From Ylistrum balloti (Eukaryota), in contig NW_026782091.1 in assembly GCF_031769215.1 (NCBI RefSeq), positions 62,001 through 126,000 of the forward strand: 64,000 bases of DNA, given 5' to 3'. The notes under the pieces are model-generated. The model was not told the origin of the DNA. It searched no databases and saw only the letters and a list, made by a program, of their open reading frames with translations. The position numbers were made by a program, and so were the translations under genes. Below, piece by piece: positions 63,640-64,000 of the stretch (positions within the stretch are counted from its first letter, which is position 1; every line of letters starts with the position of its first letter).

Positions 63640-64000
63640 GTAAAAAAAATAATTAAAAAAAAAAAAAAAAGAGATTAAATTTAACAAAAATTCACCAGTT
63701 AATCCAATATAAAGACGAATGAACATTATAAGTTTCATGAACATTTAATCTAACTGAAAATTTGATTTCAGGATAATCTAATTTTCCTTTCCAGTTGAAA
63801 ATCAGAAACAATTTTTTTGGGGATTAGTAAGAAATATGAAAGCAGTTCTACATAGCATGCATTTTTTTTTTTCCTTTTTGCAATCACTCCTTTTATCAAC
63901 ACAAAAATGTTTATCAATACCAATAAACCTCAGCATAAACCTTCTATTTACTGTAAACATACTTATTTTGGCGCAATTTCATTTATAAGCAATAAAAGCT

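Overview
AT-rich, intron-rich animal genomic DNA. The repeat landscape suggests a mollusc or other lophotrochozoan, but that is inference. Five spliced protein-coding genes could be assembled by hand from GT-AG junctions. (1) SPSB3-like, minus strand, 3 coding exons, about 235 aa. (2) PICK1, plus strand, head-to-head with SPSB3-like, about 414 aa, with two alternative N-terminal exons. (3) A full-length animal fatty-acid-synthase-like megasynthase, minus strand, 29 coding exons, 7500 nt or about 2499 aa, with no stop or frameshift seen. (4) A 4-exon, 112-aa secreted cysteine-rich protein that the ORF track misses. (5) LDAF1/promethin (TMEM159)-like. The window also holds a 7SL/SRP RNA gene, a tRNA-derived SINE, a 1.28-kb foldback transposon with an 8-bp TSD, small MITEs and several minisatellites. 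The main finding is the FAS-like protein. Its KS has lost the catalytic Cys, one catalytic His and the Lys, its TE has lost the nucleophilic Ser, and its ER has a degenerate NADPH motif and lacks the catalytic Lys. MAT, DH, KR and ACP motifs are fully intact, so it looks like a non-elongating, non-releasing pseudo-FAS module. A second theme is tandem repeats built from exon-intron junctions. The extreme case is about 75 copies of a splice acceptor upstream of the real acceptor in the cysteine-rich gene.
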